The notes under the pieces: generated by a model
What the model saw: the letters and a program-made list of their open reading frames with translations, nothing else
What the model was told of the DNA's origin: nothing
The model's database searches: none
In this document: positions 1-11,400 of the stretch, in pieces
Numbering within the stretch: the stretch's first letter is position 1
Layout: each line of letters opens with the position of its first letter
Assembly (NCBI RefSeq): GCF_004010195.1
Contig: NC_057718.1
Span: 72,482,165-72,528,164 of the forward strand
Reading direction: 5' to 3'
Length of the DNA stretch: 46,000 nucleotides
Source of the DNA: Chiloscyllium plagiosum
Lineage: Eukaryota
Translations under genes and position numbers: made by a program

Positions 1-901
1 CCCTGCAGCTACAATCTGGGTTCCCATGCCCCTGCAGAGTTAGTTTAAACCCCCCCGAAGAGCACTAGCGAACCTCCCCCCAAGGATACTGGTGCCCCTC
101 AGGTTCAGGTGTCGACCATCCTGTTTATAGAGGTCCCACCGTCCCCAGAAAGAACCCCAGTTATCCAAAAACCGGATTCCCTCCCTCCTGCACCATCCCT
201 GTAGCCACGCATTTAAGTGTTCTCTTTCCCTATTCCTCGAATCTCTATCACGTGGCACGGGTAACAAACCAGAGACAACAACTCTGTTCGTTCTAACTTT
301 GAGCTTCCAACCTAGCTCCCTGAAAGCCTGTCTAACATCCTCGGCACTCCTCTTACCTATGTCGTTGGTGCCAATATGGACCACGACTTCGGGCTGGTCC
401 CCCTCCCCCTCCAGGACCCGGGAAACACGATCAGAGACATCACGTACCCTTGCACCTGGGTGGCAACATACCAATCGTGAGTCTCTCTCGTTCCCACAAA
501 ACCGCCTATCTGTGCTCCGAACTATCGAGTCCCCAATTACTATTGCTCTGATTTTCTCCACCCTTCCCTTCTGAGTAATGGGGACAGGCTCTGTGCCAGA
601 GGCCTGAGCCCCGTTACTTACCCCTGGTAAGTCATCCCCCCCACAAGTATCCAAAACGGTATACTTGTTCTTGAGGGGAACGGCCGCAGGGGGTCCCTGC
701 ACTGGCTGCTTCCTCCCAGTCCCCCTCACTGTCACCCATCTATCTGCCATCTTTGGAGTTACTACTTCCCTAAAGCTCCGATCTATGACCCCCTCTGCCT
801 CCCGAATGATCCTAAGTTCATCCAACTCCAGCTCCAGTTCCCTAACACGGTCTTGGAGGAGCTGGAGATGGGTGCACTTCCTGCAAGTGTTATCAGCAGG
901 G
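1..901 (-). mobile_element. CR1-clade LINE, 5'-truncated, with an open ORF1 esterase region (40..825); continues beyond the window start
   Basis: 261-aa ORF with SGNH-type blocks IVIGDSIVR, HIGTNDIG and DGRHLN, preceded by a coiled-coil (RVRELELELDELRIIRE), typical of CR1 ORF1p. Confidence 0.9.
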
Positions 902-904
902 ATT

Positions 905-3000
905 CTTGAAGAAGAAATATGCTGCCTTCAGCATCCTCCTAAATCAGCCAGTTGAACAACATATCATTGGTGTATGCTGAAAGAACCACCCCTGTGAGTG
1001 GCCTGTGCAGAACCAATTCCAACAACCTACTCCGCAGGAGACACAGGTAAGGCTTTCCTGCTTTCGTTCTTTTGAGGAACCGGATCTGCAACCCCACGTC
1101 TGCACCTCTGGAACCCGACAAGTTGCCAGACACTCAGTATGCCTTTCCTCTTTTCGTATACAGCTAACAAAAGCCAGGTCCGCATCAAGCTGACTGAAAC
1201 CCTTCTCCAATTCCTCAATTCCGGATTTCCGCTGTTTGTTAACTCTCTTGCATACTCCTGACAAAAGATGCTGAGGTCAGTCTTGTCCATGACCCACCAT
1301 AATCACAAGTAATTCCCCCTCTCCCTGACTCCCAAACTCACCGCTGTTGGCCCAAAACCAACAGAATGAATCCTGGAATTTTTCATCCTCCAGCAGCAGG
1401 TTGTTAAAATGCTATTATGCAGCGCCCCATTTGGGTGCAGAATTGGGTAAGCTGTACACTGCACCTGCTACATGGAAGTCTGTGTTACAATGCAGGCTTG
1501 ACATTTTGACCCTAGGTCTCTCAAAAGTGAAAGTCATGGAATTCGGATGGCGATTTTGTCAAATGTGAACTAGGTCGAAGGCTTTGACCTTAAACCAGTC
1601 TGGGAACTACCATGGTCCCACTCCTTGAGAGTGCAGTTAAAATTAAACTCCTGCTCTCCCCCAAAGATAATGCGCTGACCTTTATCAATGGAGGCAAGAT
1701 TAACAGACACATCTTCAAAGTACATTTGCCTGGTTCCAACCAAAAGAGTGTACATACTAATGAAGTGAAGTATCACAGTTCTTAGTTGGACTGTCAGATG
1801 AAGCAAATGGCCAGATCTTCTCCTTGACCTCCATAATCTCTGGCTGAAAATGTGGGGCCAACAAGATGATCACCCCACCAAAAATAGAGGTGAGGTGACT
1901 CATGTAGACCCTCCCTGCCACTCCAGCTGGCTCTAGAAGTGATGTGGGTTTCCTGCAGGAAACATAACCCATGTCCTGGAGGAATGAGAATTTCTGGAAC
2001 CTGCATTGTGACTCCCTGCTGTTGTTGATGTTGAGGTGTCTATGGTTGTTACATTATCAATTGCAATTGTCAACAACACCCTCTGTGTGTGGAAAGAGGA
2101 AGGGGAAACATAGGGCCCTTGCCTTCTTTAGGAACTTACTGAGGAATGTTAGTGCATCTGGAGTGTCCCAGATGACCAAGTTCCACATGGACCAGAAGGC
2201 CAATTCAAAGTTGTACCGGGATCCAAACCAAACTGAACCCTGGATAACTGAAGCGCTTGTCAGAAAAGCTTTACTCAGTGGGGGACACTAGGGGATCCAT
2301 AATCTGGCTGAAGATAGACATTCTGTCATTCCAAGCATCTGCTACCTGCTTCGTCTGGGTAGTCAATCTCAGCTTCTGACCCCTTCACCAGTGTGGAAGG
2401 ACGTGGTCCAGCACCATCAGTCAGCTTCATTCCTCCAGTGTTACCACTTCCAGGATCACTGGCAGAGGGTCCCTCGGTGAACTCCATCCAGGTAGGTTCT
2501 GGGGCATCGATTGGCAGTGACTTGGTCCCGTCCCCTCTTGACATCTAGCCTCTCAGAAAAAGGTCCTCTCCGAGAACTTAGGCACTTGCTGGGAGTGAAG
2601 AAAAGACCCTGTCACCACCATCTAGTGACCCAGTACATGCACCGCAGCCCTTGCAGGTTCTGCTTTGTCCCTGGGGTGCATGGTTGCTCAACAGCGTGAG
2701 TACAAGCTGCAACCTGACGCACTGAAGCTGCTAGGCTGTAACATGGGACCGGGGGAGTTGTAAAAGAACTCATTCTGCTACTGGTGAAGTCCACTCCTTG
2801 TGGGGACTTTTCTCCACTTTAATGGCAGCCTCCTGTTTCCTAAGACCCTTTCTCTTTGGTGGGTCCCTGAGCCTCTTGGTAAAAACAGTGGGCTGGGGGT
2901 AAGAGCAGGGAAGAGCATCTTCATCATTTTTGACCCTGAATCAAGTTCCCCATGGTCATGTGACAAAAGGCAAGTCCAGTGGGTATATTACAGGATCATT
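905..3000 (-). mobile_element. Decayed, internally deleted Tx1/L1-clade LINE
   Basis: Frameshifted ORF2 pieces: LNIN...FLQETH (endonuclease start, about 2050-1950), VYMSHLTSIFGGVIILL, FNCTL, IFCQEY, and RT-like VVLSAYTND (about 960-990); the upstream region is taken as an ORF1 remnant. Confidence 0.7.
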
Positions 3001-3281
3001 GCATTTGGGTGCAGAGGTGAGGGGTCAGATGAGAAAGCTAGAATGTCATAGAAAGCTTTCAAGAGATCTTTGATTAGATTGTACTCTAACTGGTATGCCA
3101 TAATGAATAAAAAAACTATTGCTAGTTTTTCCACTCTACCATAAATGAATTGTTTCTGGAAATTGGATTGTCACTTCCATATTTGTAAGGATGTACTTGA
3201 TGTCGTTTCCTTTCCAGTAGTGGTTCCACACATTATTAACACACTGTTTTTCAAAGACTGGTAATAGATATTAAAGATGTT

Positions 3282-3340
3282 CTGAAGGAGGTCAGTGGAC
3301 CTGAAACGTTAACTCTGCTTTCTGTCCATAGATGCAGTTT
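3282..3340 (+). ncRNA. Degenerate hammerhead-like motif in a PLE terminal-repeat fragment (family D)
   Basis: CUGAAGG-AGGUC-agug-GACCU-GAAA-CG-UUA; core imperfect; related to the minus-strand copy at 42528-42560. Confidence 0.45.
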
Positions 3341-3929
3341 ATGTCTGCTTTGCCTACAGCACAGAATTGCACTTCCAGAAGATGTACAGAACACACTTCT
3401 AGGAATTTTCTTTTACCTGGAGGAAGGCATGGCAGTTTCTGGTGCCATCTTATTTTTCATAGTATGTAAAATGGTGTTTCCTTTAATCCCTTTATTGTTT
3501 ACTGACTCCACACCCAATTTTATGTAATATTTGCTTCAACTATTACAGCTACAAGTTCCCAAACGTCATGATTCACTGCAGCAGTGCATTGGAAATCCAG
3601 CCCCACTACTCTTGCAGGCATTAGAAACATGAAAAAGTTTCTCTGTCCAAAATCCCTGATTTTTCTTACTGATCAGCTCAGGACAAAAGAAAACTTACAC
3701 TATGTTTACTACTTAACAACGAGATAGTTTATTTGTAATAAAGTTGTCTTCAATCAATTGTTAATTTATAATTCTGTGACAGATTCTACACCTCTTGAAT
3801 GCCCCCTCCCCACCTCATTTACAGACAAATGCACAATGACAGAAAAGACTTGGATGTTAAGTGTGGAAAAAAAATCAAAGAACTAGTGCAATAGCATCAG
3901 TCTGGACCACGGGTTGATGAGCTATTTTA

Positions 3930-5705
3930 GAATATAGATCACATGAATTATGCCAAATTAAATTAATCCCTCCATTCCTTGCATACTCATGTGCTTAGCT
4001 AAAAGCAGTTAAACACCCCTAATGTGTCTGCCTCCACCAATAGTCCTGGCAGCACATTCCAGACTTCCATCACTGTGTAAAAAGACTTGCCCCTCCCATC
4101 TTTCCACCGCCTCACCTTAAATGCATGTCCCATAGTATTAGACATTTGAACTTAGGGTTGACAGTCAGAATCTTTTTCCCAATCTGTGCATCTCATAATT
4201 TTATAAACTTATACCTAGTCTCCCCACTGCTTCACCGAAAACAATCTTGAGTTTTTCTAGCCTCTCCTTGTATCTCATATTCCCTAATCCAGGCAGAATC
4301 TGATAAACCTCTCTACACCCTCTCTAATGTCTCCACATTCTTCATGTCACATGGTGACCAGAACGGAATGCAGTACTGTTTTAAGTGTGGCCTAACCAAA
4401 GTCTTATAAAGCTGCAACATGACTCTTATACTCAATTCCTAGGCCAATAATGGCAAGCCTTCTTTACTACTTGTGCGGCCACTTTCAGGGAGTTATGGCT
4501 TAGGACTCTAAGATTCCTCTGCACATCAATGCTGTTAAGGGTCCTAGCATTAACTGTTAACTCTCCCTTAATTTTTTTTGATCTCCCTAGTGCAACACCT
4601 CACACTTGCCCAGATTAAATTCCATCTACCATTTCTCCGCTCATTTCTGCAACTGATCTATATCCTTTGACAACACCATCCACAACTCCCCTGACCTTTG
4701 TGTCACCTGCAAACTTACTAACCCATCCATCTATGTTTTCATCCAACTCATTTGTATATATTACAAACAGCAGGACTCCCAGTATGGATCCCTGCGGAAC
4801 TCCAGCCTGAAAAACACCTTTCGATCACCACTCTTATTTGGGAAAACCAATTCTGATCCTAAGTGGCCAAGTTATCATAGATCCCAGGCATCTTAATTTT
4901 TTGGATGAGCCTATCATGAGAGATCTTGTTGAAAGCCAGACTAAAATCCATGTAGACATGTACTGCTCAACGCTAATTGATCATCTTAGTCACCTCCTCA
5001 AAAATTTCTATCAATTTAATAAGACATGATCTGCCCTGCACAAAGCCATACTGACTGCCCCTCATTAGGCTAAGCTTTTCCAAATGCACATAGATCCTAA
5101 CCCCAAGAATCCTCCCCAGTGACTAGTGAAGATACAAAGATCTTGGTCAAGGCCCCAGTAATGTTCTCTCTGGTCTCTCTCAAAACTTAGGGCAAATACC
5201 ATCGGTCCTTGGGGACATATTCACCTTAATGCTCTTCAAGAGACCCAACACTTTCTTCCTTGATCTCAAAATGCCCTAACATATTAATATGCTCCACAGT
5301 AGTCTCACTAACCTCCATATTCTTCTCCGGGGTAAACACATATGCAAAGTCCTCATTTAGGTTCTCATCCACACCCTCTGCCTCCAAGTACAAGTTCCCT
5401 CCTTTTTCCTTCTATGGTCCTACCTAGTTTTGCCTAGTTATCCTCTTGTTTTGATGTATAGATTGCCTTGGAATTCTAACCCTTCTTTCCAAGGTCATTT
5501 CATGCCCTCTTCTTGCTCTCCTAATTCCTTGCTTGAGTACTTTACTGCTTTCTTTATATTTTTCCTGTGCCTGGTCCTATCTTAGCTTCTTAAAACTTAC
5601 ATTTGCTTCTTTTTTGATTATATTCACAACCTTCCTCAGTATCCAAGGGTCCTTTACTTTGTCCTTCCTCCTTAATGGAACATGCTAGTCTTGAACTCTC
5701 ATCAG
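3930..5705 (-). mobile_element. Decayed CR1 LINE (RT region to 3' end)
   Basis: Homologous to other CR1 copies in the window, e.g. tgtgtcacctgcaaactt (KFA.DT on the minus strand) and the 3' UTR. Confidence 0.8.
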
Positions 5706-5825
5706 TGGAAACAGTGCTCACGATAGCTATGAATAAGGATAAATCGAGACCTTGCAGGCAAGTACTAAATGGGGGATGGCAGACAATGTTAGGCAGAAAT
5801 TAGGGAGTGTTAATTGGGAGGAACT
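5706..5825 (+). mobile_element. Inverted CR1 segment abutting the previous element
   Basis: Matches 13744-13885 of the plus-strand CR1 (ggaaacagtg...ctatgaataaggataa...gttaa.tgggag). Confidence 0.65.
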
Positions 5826-6304
5826 CTTTTATTTGACACGTTTTCTTTCAGTTTCTTCCAATTCCTTCAGTGCTTTGCTGTTGCTACAAGTTTGCTTGCA
5901 CAGGAATGCTGACTTTCATTTGCTGCTTGAGAATTCATCCTTTTATTATCTTTGGAGATGTTTTATTCCTTCTTCAACAGGATGAATGGAAATGTAGCTG
6001 TCACTACATAAATTCTAGTACCCAAGAAAGAGATAAAAATTATTTGATGTTCTCCCTTTTCAGGTTGGATGTTCTGTGCTGCACTGGCCCAACACAAGCC
6101 ATTGCTACCTGGGTCAGGGGCTAATCAAAACATTAATGATAAGCACTTGGCCCTTAGTTCAGAAACCATTGGCTCTGTGGTGTTTGTTTTTGCTCTTACT
6201 GTTCTGGGGAAAACTGTAACATTATGAGTTGCGTACAATGTGCTCCAGTAATATGATTTTTAAAACTGCAGTCATCTCTTATACACCGTCACCTTGGATT
6301 AAGA

Positions 6305-6509
6305 TATGATTCGGAGATGCCGGTGTTGGACTGGGGTGTACAAAGTTAAAAATCACACAACACCAGGTTATAGTCCAACAGGTTTAATTGGAAGCACACG
6401 AGCTTTCGGAGCGACAATCACCTGATGACGGAGCTTTGCTCCGAAAGCTAGTGTGCTTTCAATTAAACCTGTTGGACTATAACCTGGTGTTGTGTGATTT
6501 TTAACTTTG
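6305..6509 (+). mobile_element. About 200-bp fold-back mini-element carrying a hammerhead ribozyme (family B), probably PLE-derived
   Basis: 72-bp inverted arms 6341-6412 and 6438-6509 (2 mismatches); direct repeat TTGGATTAAGA at 6294-6304 and 6507-6517. Confidence 0.8.
6419..6453 (+). ncRNA. Minimal type-I hammerhead ribozyme, intact core
   Basis: CAC-CUGAUGA-C-GGAGC-uuu-GCUCC-GAAA-GC-UA^GUG; stem I CAC/GUG; palindromic AGCU stem III. Confidence 0.8.
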
Positions 6510-6959
6510 GATTAAGACAGTATTTTCCTTGGGTAATCCATAGGCTATGCAATAGGACTACTTAAATGCCAAACAGCATAAATAGCAAGGGACAGAGAGA
6601 TCAAAACAATTCCAGAATGAACAAATCAAAGTGAAAACCAAATGAACTGTGGATGCTGTAAATCAGAAACAATAACAGAAGTTGCTGGAAAAGCTCAGCA
6701 GGTCTGGCAGCATATTTTATACTGATGAACTGGCTTCCCCCTTGTGGATATAGATACTTGTGGAGCCCTTTCCTGCAGGGAGTTGTTTATTTGCCCAATT
6801 GGATGTGACAGGATTGCAGAGCTCGATATTATATGATTTCAGAAACAGAAGTTGCTGGAAAAGCTTGTGGCGAGATCTGTGAAGAGAAAAACTGGAGAAG
6901 GCTCCACAAGTATCTACATCCACAAGGGGGAACTCAGCACAATAAACAATAAAACAGCA

Positions 6960-8370
6960 GCATTTTTAACATGCTTCAGCCAGAAGTGCTTGTTAGATTA
7001 TCTATCTTAGCTTCCTCCAGAGGTCCCCAGAATCAAAAATGCCAATTCTATTTTGCTACAAGTGATATCAAGAAATGGCTGGAAACATTGGATCCTGCAA
7101 AGGCTATGGGCTTTGACAACATTCCAGGAAGAATTGTTTTTAAGAACTTGTCATTCACTGGCATCTACCTGACAAAGTGGAAAATTGCTGAGGAATGTCC
7201 TGTAAACAAAAAAAAGACAAATCTGAACCAGCCAGTTACTGCCGCATAATTCTACTCTTGATCATTAGCTAAGTGATGGCAAGTAAATGCTGTTATAAAA
7301 CAGCATTTACTTCGTAATAACCTGATCACTGATGCTCAGCTTGGGTTCCTCCAGGTCCACTCATCAGGCCGTAGTTCAAACATGGCAAAAAAGCTGAATT
7401 CCAGAGAAGAGATGTGAGTGATCAGACTGAACATCAGGGCCACATTTTACAGTGTAGCAAACAGGCTGTGGTACTTTGAGGTTAGTCTGTAGGTGTTCCA
7501 CAGTAAAGTGTTTGTGGCCCAGCTGCTTCATCAATGACCTTCTCTCCATCTTAAGGACAAAAGTGGGCATGTTGCTGATGATTACATAATATTTAGCACT
7601 TTACCACACCTCAGATCATAAAGTAACTCACGTGCAAAAGGCCTAGACAAAATCCAGGTCTGAACTAACAAATGACAGGCGATATTCATGTCACATAAGT
7701 GCCAGGCAATGACCATCACCAACGAGAGAATTTAACCATCACCCTTTGATATTCAATGGCATTACCATGACTGAATACTTCACTATCAACATCCTGGAGG
7801 TTAGGATTGACCAGAAACTGAACTTGATTCACCATATAAATCCTGTAGCTACAATAGCAGGTCAGAGGATAGGAATCCTGCAGAGAGCCTGACTTCCAAA
7901 ATCTGTCTACCATCAACAAGGTACAAGTCAGGAGTGTGGTGGAATATTCCCCAATAGCCTGGATAATTGTGGCTCCAATAACACTCAGGACATAGCTGTC
8001 ACTTGGTTGGCACCACATTGAACATTCACTCCCTCCACCACTGACAATAAGTAGTAGCAGTACAAGATACACTGCAGAAATTCACCAAAGCTCCTTAGAG
8101 AGTATCTTCCAAACTTGTATGACCACCAACATTGAGAAACAGGGGCAGTAGAAGTTTCTCTCCAAACTAACATGTCCTGTCTTGGAAGGACATGTTAGTT
8201 TCTTCAGTGATGCTGAAATCCAGAAATTCTCTTCCTAATAGCATTGTGAATGTACAATAAACAAATGGATTTACAACTGTTTAAGAAAGTAGCTCATCAC
8301 CATTGTCACAAAAGGTAATTAGGGATGGGCTATATGGCAATGCCCACATCCCATGAGTGAACTTAAAAGG
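6960..8370 (+). mobile_element. Old CR1/L2-group LINE, RT to 3' tail
   Basis: KKWLETLDPAKAMGFDNIP, WKIAEECPVNKK, gctgatgat (ADD); tail gggatgggc...gcccacatcccatga; minus-strand 3' pieces of the same family near 10440-10680 and 33960-34220. Confidence 0.7.
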
Positions 8371-8539
8371 AAGTCAAATAAAGTCACAATAGATCTATTC
8401 AAAGTCTGTCTTATTGACATAGGCAGATGCATCTGTGATGGATGTTTCCTTTTATTGATTTCTTCACCCCCCTGCCACAGCTATATATTTTAGGATTCAG
8501 CAAACATGGTCAGCAGTGCACCTGGGCCACCTCTACCAC

Positions 8540-9022
8540 TAAATCTTAGCCACCCGACGACTGGAGGAAGAACACCTCATCTTCCACTTGGGACCCTTCA
8601 ACCACATGGAATCAATGTCAATTTCACCAGTTTCCTCATCTTCCCTCCCCCCACCACCTTATCCCAGATCCAACCCTTGAACTCCGCAGCACCCTCTTGA
8701 ACAGTCCTACATGTCCACCTTTCTTCCTACCTATCTGTTCCACCCTCCACTCCAACCTATTGCCATCACCCCTCACCTTCATCTACCTATTGCACTCCTA
8801 GCTACCTTCCCCACAGCTCCTCCCATCTCCCATTTATCTCTCAACCCAACCCCCTTGGGCCACCTGCGCCTCCCCCTCCCCACACCCCCACAATTCCTGA
8901 ATAAGAGCTTATGCTTGAAATCTTGACTCTCCTGCTCCTTGGATGCTGCTTGACCTGCTGTGCTTTTTCAGTGCCATACTTTTGATGCTGATCTCCAGCA
9001 TCTGCAGTCCTCACTTTCTCCT
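8540..9022 (+). mobile_element. PLE 3' fragment (GIY-YIG C-terminus plus terminal repeat with a degenerate hammerhead near 8897-8925)
   Basis: RLEEEHLIF.LGTLQPHGINVNF motif followed by the repeat ending ctccagcatctgcagtcctcactttctcc. Confidence 0.8.
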
Positions 9023-9104
9023 TTCACATTCAGCACTCATGATGAAAATTAACATTTTGTTTCTGAGGACCAGATGTTACTTATAACAGTAATGGATTAA
9101 TTGT

Positions 9105-9159
9105 GCACAAACAATCCATAAAATCACAACTGCAATTAAAAGGTACATGTACTTTTAAT
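9105..9159 (-). terminator. Candidate DOP1A polyadenylation signal
   Basis: Minus-strand ATTAAA at 9159-9154, about 265 nt after the stop; a CA about 20 nt further, then GU/U-rich gttgtgattttatggattgtttgtg; UGUA motifs upstream. Confidence 0.45.
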
Positions 9160-9421
9160 AATGGGTCATCACCTGTAGAATTGAGCATGAGTGCAATTAT
9201 TTGGAACCAAATGGAATAATACAGTAATTTATATTTTGGGCACCATAATTAATGAGTCAACATACTTGGACAAAATCAAATTCATAATTCAGTAATCAGA
9301 ACACAATCTGTACAAATAAAATTTAATATGATTACATTGTTGAAATTTGTTCCTTGTTCAAATACAAACAAATGTACACATTGCAGAATATTTGCTTTGA
9401 GTGATTACACTACCTCCAGTG

Positions 9422-9727
9422 TTATGTTTTTATAACACCTTCAAGGAAATCTCTCTCAAGCACTTCCTCTATTATTTGTCTGCCTTTGCTCCAGAATGTT
9501 TTCTGGTTGTCAGGTTTAAGGTCTTTGACTGAGAATGAGTTTGTCCACGGGATTGGACTCCCTGAGGATCCAGTAAATCTACTTGAGATTTTGTTGGAAA
9601 AAAACTGACTGAGCACATTGAAAAAGGGAAGCAACTGCTCAATGCTACGAACAGAGTAAAAGGTCAGCAGCAGATGACCAGGCTCCCATGCTAGTGTCTT
9701 CACCGAGTTGTCATCTTCCAGATTTTT
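9422..9727 (-). CDS. DOP1A: DOP1A terminal coding exon with stop codon
   Basis: Acceptor ttctgattacttacAG, phase 0; KNLEDDNSVKTLAWEPGHLLLTFYSVRSIEQLLPFFNVLSQ...ERDFLEGVIKT*, resembling the recalled human C-terminus (WEPGHLLLT...EKDFLEGMIKT). Confidence 0.95.
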   Translation of the reverse strand, partial: KNLEDDNSVKTLAWEPGHLLLTFYSVRSIEQLLPFFNVLSQFFSNKISSRFTGSSGSPIPWTNSFSVKDLKPDNQKTFWSKGRQIIEEVLERDFLEGVIKT

Positions 9728-10759
9728 CTGTAAGTAATCAGAATTCTTCCATTAATTAGGTTTCAGTTCTTTCTGTTTAAGATTGATTTCAAGCATAATA
9801 TTCAAGCTTATCCAAATCATAAATTTGAATTTTGATAGCTATTTCAAAAACAACTTCTATTTATACCAAGCCACAGAAGCAGATGTTAAGGGCAGATGAC
9901 CAAAAGCATGATCAAACAGTACTTAACGAATGTCTTAAAGGAAGCAAAAGATATAGTAGGCTTTAGGAGGCAACTCCAGGGCTAATTGCCTAGGTAACTA
10001 GAAGTGTAGACCCCCTCAATGGTGAAGCAAGTAAAATTAATGATGCTGTAAAGGCCAGAATTGAAGAAAAATAGATTCAGAGTTGTAGGATTGAAAGAGT
10101 CATTTATAGAGATGTAGAATCCCTCAATTTCATTCCTGAAGGTCTGTTTCTAATCTTTGGACAGTATCACTATGCAACCAAATTGCTTGAGAAATAAAGT
10201 ACTGACATTTTACAATACAACCATTGCTCATCCCAATTTACTTTCTAAAATATTCAAAAATTAAAAGGAGAAAAAGAAAATATAAGTACAAGGAAAAGTT
10301 TAGCCAATCTCTTTCACAAACTGCATACTATACTCCGATTCTGCCAGAGATTGATAATTACCACTACCTCTATTTCTGAACAAGGCTTTTGTTCCACTAT
10401 CCACTGACAGGCTTCGACAGTAATTTTGCTGATGGCTGGTTATTTTTAATTTATTCAAAGAGGATACAGACCAGCAAGGATAGCATTTATTGTCTATCTC
10501 TGCTTGTCTTTGAGATGATAGTAGTGAGCCTATTTTTGAACTGCAGCAGTTCAAGTGATATGATCACTTTCAGGATGCAGTTAGGGAAGGACTTATAAAA
10601 TTTTGACCCAATGTGATAGAACAATTTAGTTCCAAGTCAGGATAGTGTGAGACTTGTAGGTGATGGCATTCCCATAAGTCTGGAGTTGGAATGAAAGAAA
10701 AAGATCATTTGGCATTAGCACTGGTCAAAAACACATACTTATTTAAATTCCATATCAGG

Positions 10760-11400
10760 CACTTGGCCCATATCTTTGTATGCCTTGGCACTGCAAGTTA
10801 ACATTCAAATCATAAGTATTTTGAGTGTTTCTGCCTACACTACCATTACAGACTGAGCTGCAGATTTACTAGGTAAAAATGTTTTTCCTCATATCTCCCT
10901 CTAAACCATAAATTTATGCCCCAATTATTCATCCCACTACCAAAGGGAAAGTTTATTCCCTTCTACTCTGTCTATGCCCCATAATTTTAAATATCTCAAC
11001 CATGTCTCCCACAGTCTCTTCTGTTCCAAAAAACAATGCAGGGTCTTTCAATCTCCCTTCGTATCTGAACCTTTCCAGCCCAGGCAATAATATGGTAAAA
11101 TTCCACTACAGCCTCTCCAGTACTATCACATCCCTTGCTAATAACGTGGATTCCAGAACTGCGCTAACTGTGGCCTAACCATCATTTTATGCAGTTCCAG
11201 CATTGCCTCCCTGCTCAAACTCTCTGCCTCAGCTAATAAAGGCAAGTATTCCATATGTCTTGTTGAACACTTTATCTATCTGTCCTGCTATCCTAAGGGT
11301 GTACATGCACACTAACATCCTCCTGATCCTTGCTGCTTCCCAGGTTGTACCTGTACATTCATCATGTACTCCCTATTCTTGTTTGTCCTGCCCATGTGCA
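10760..11400 (-). mobile_element. Old CR1 3' fragment
   Basis: Diverged match to CR1 3' ends elsewhere in the window. Confidence 0.6.

Noticed and set aside
1..9400. PGM3 coding exons on the plus strand, expected from human synteny
   Set aside because: No PGM3-like peptide (e.g. RPSGTED) seen
10300..10554. 84-aa minus-strand ORF as an alternative DOP1A last exon
   Set aside because: Its 5' half lies in a LINE 3' fragment; no convincing acceptor or homology
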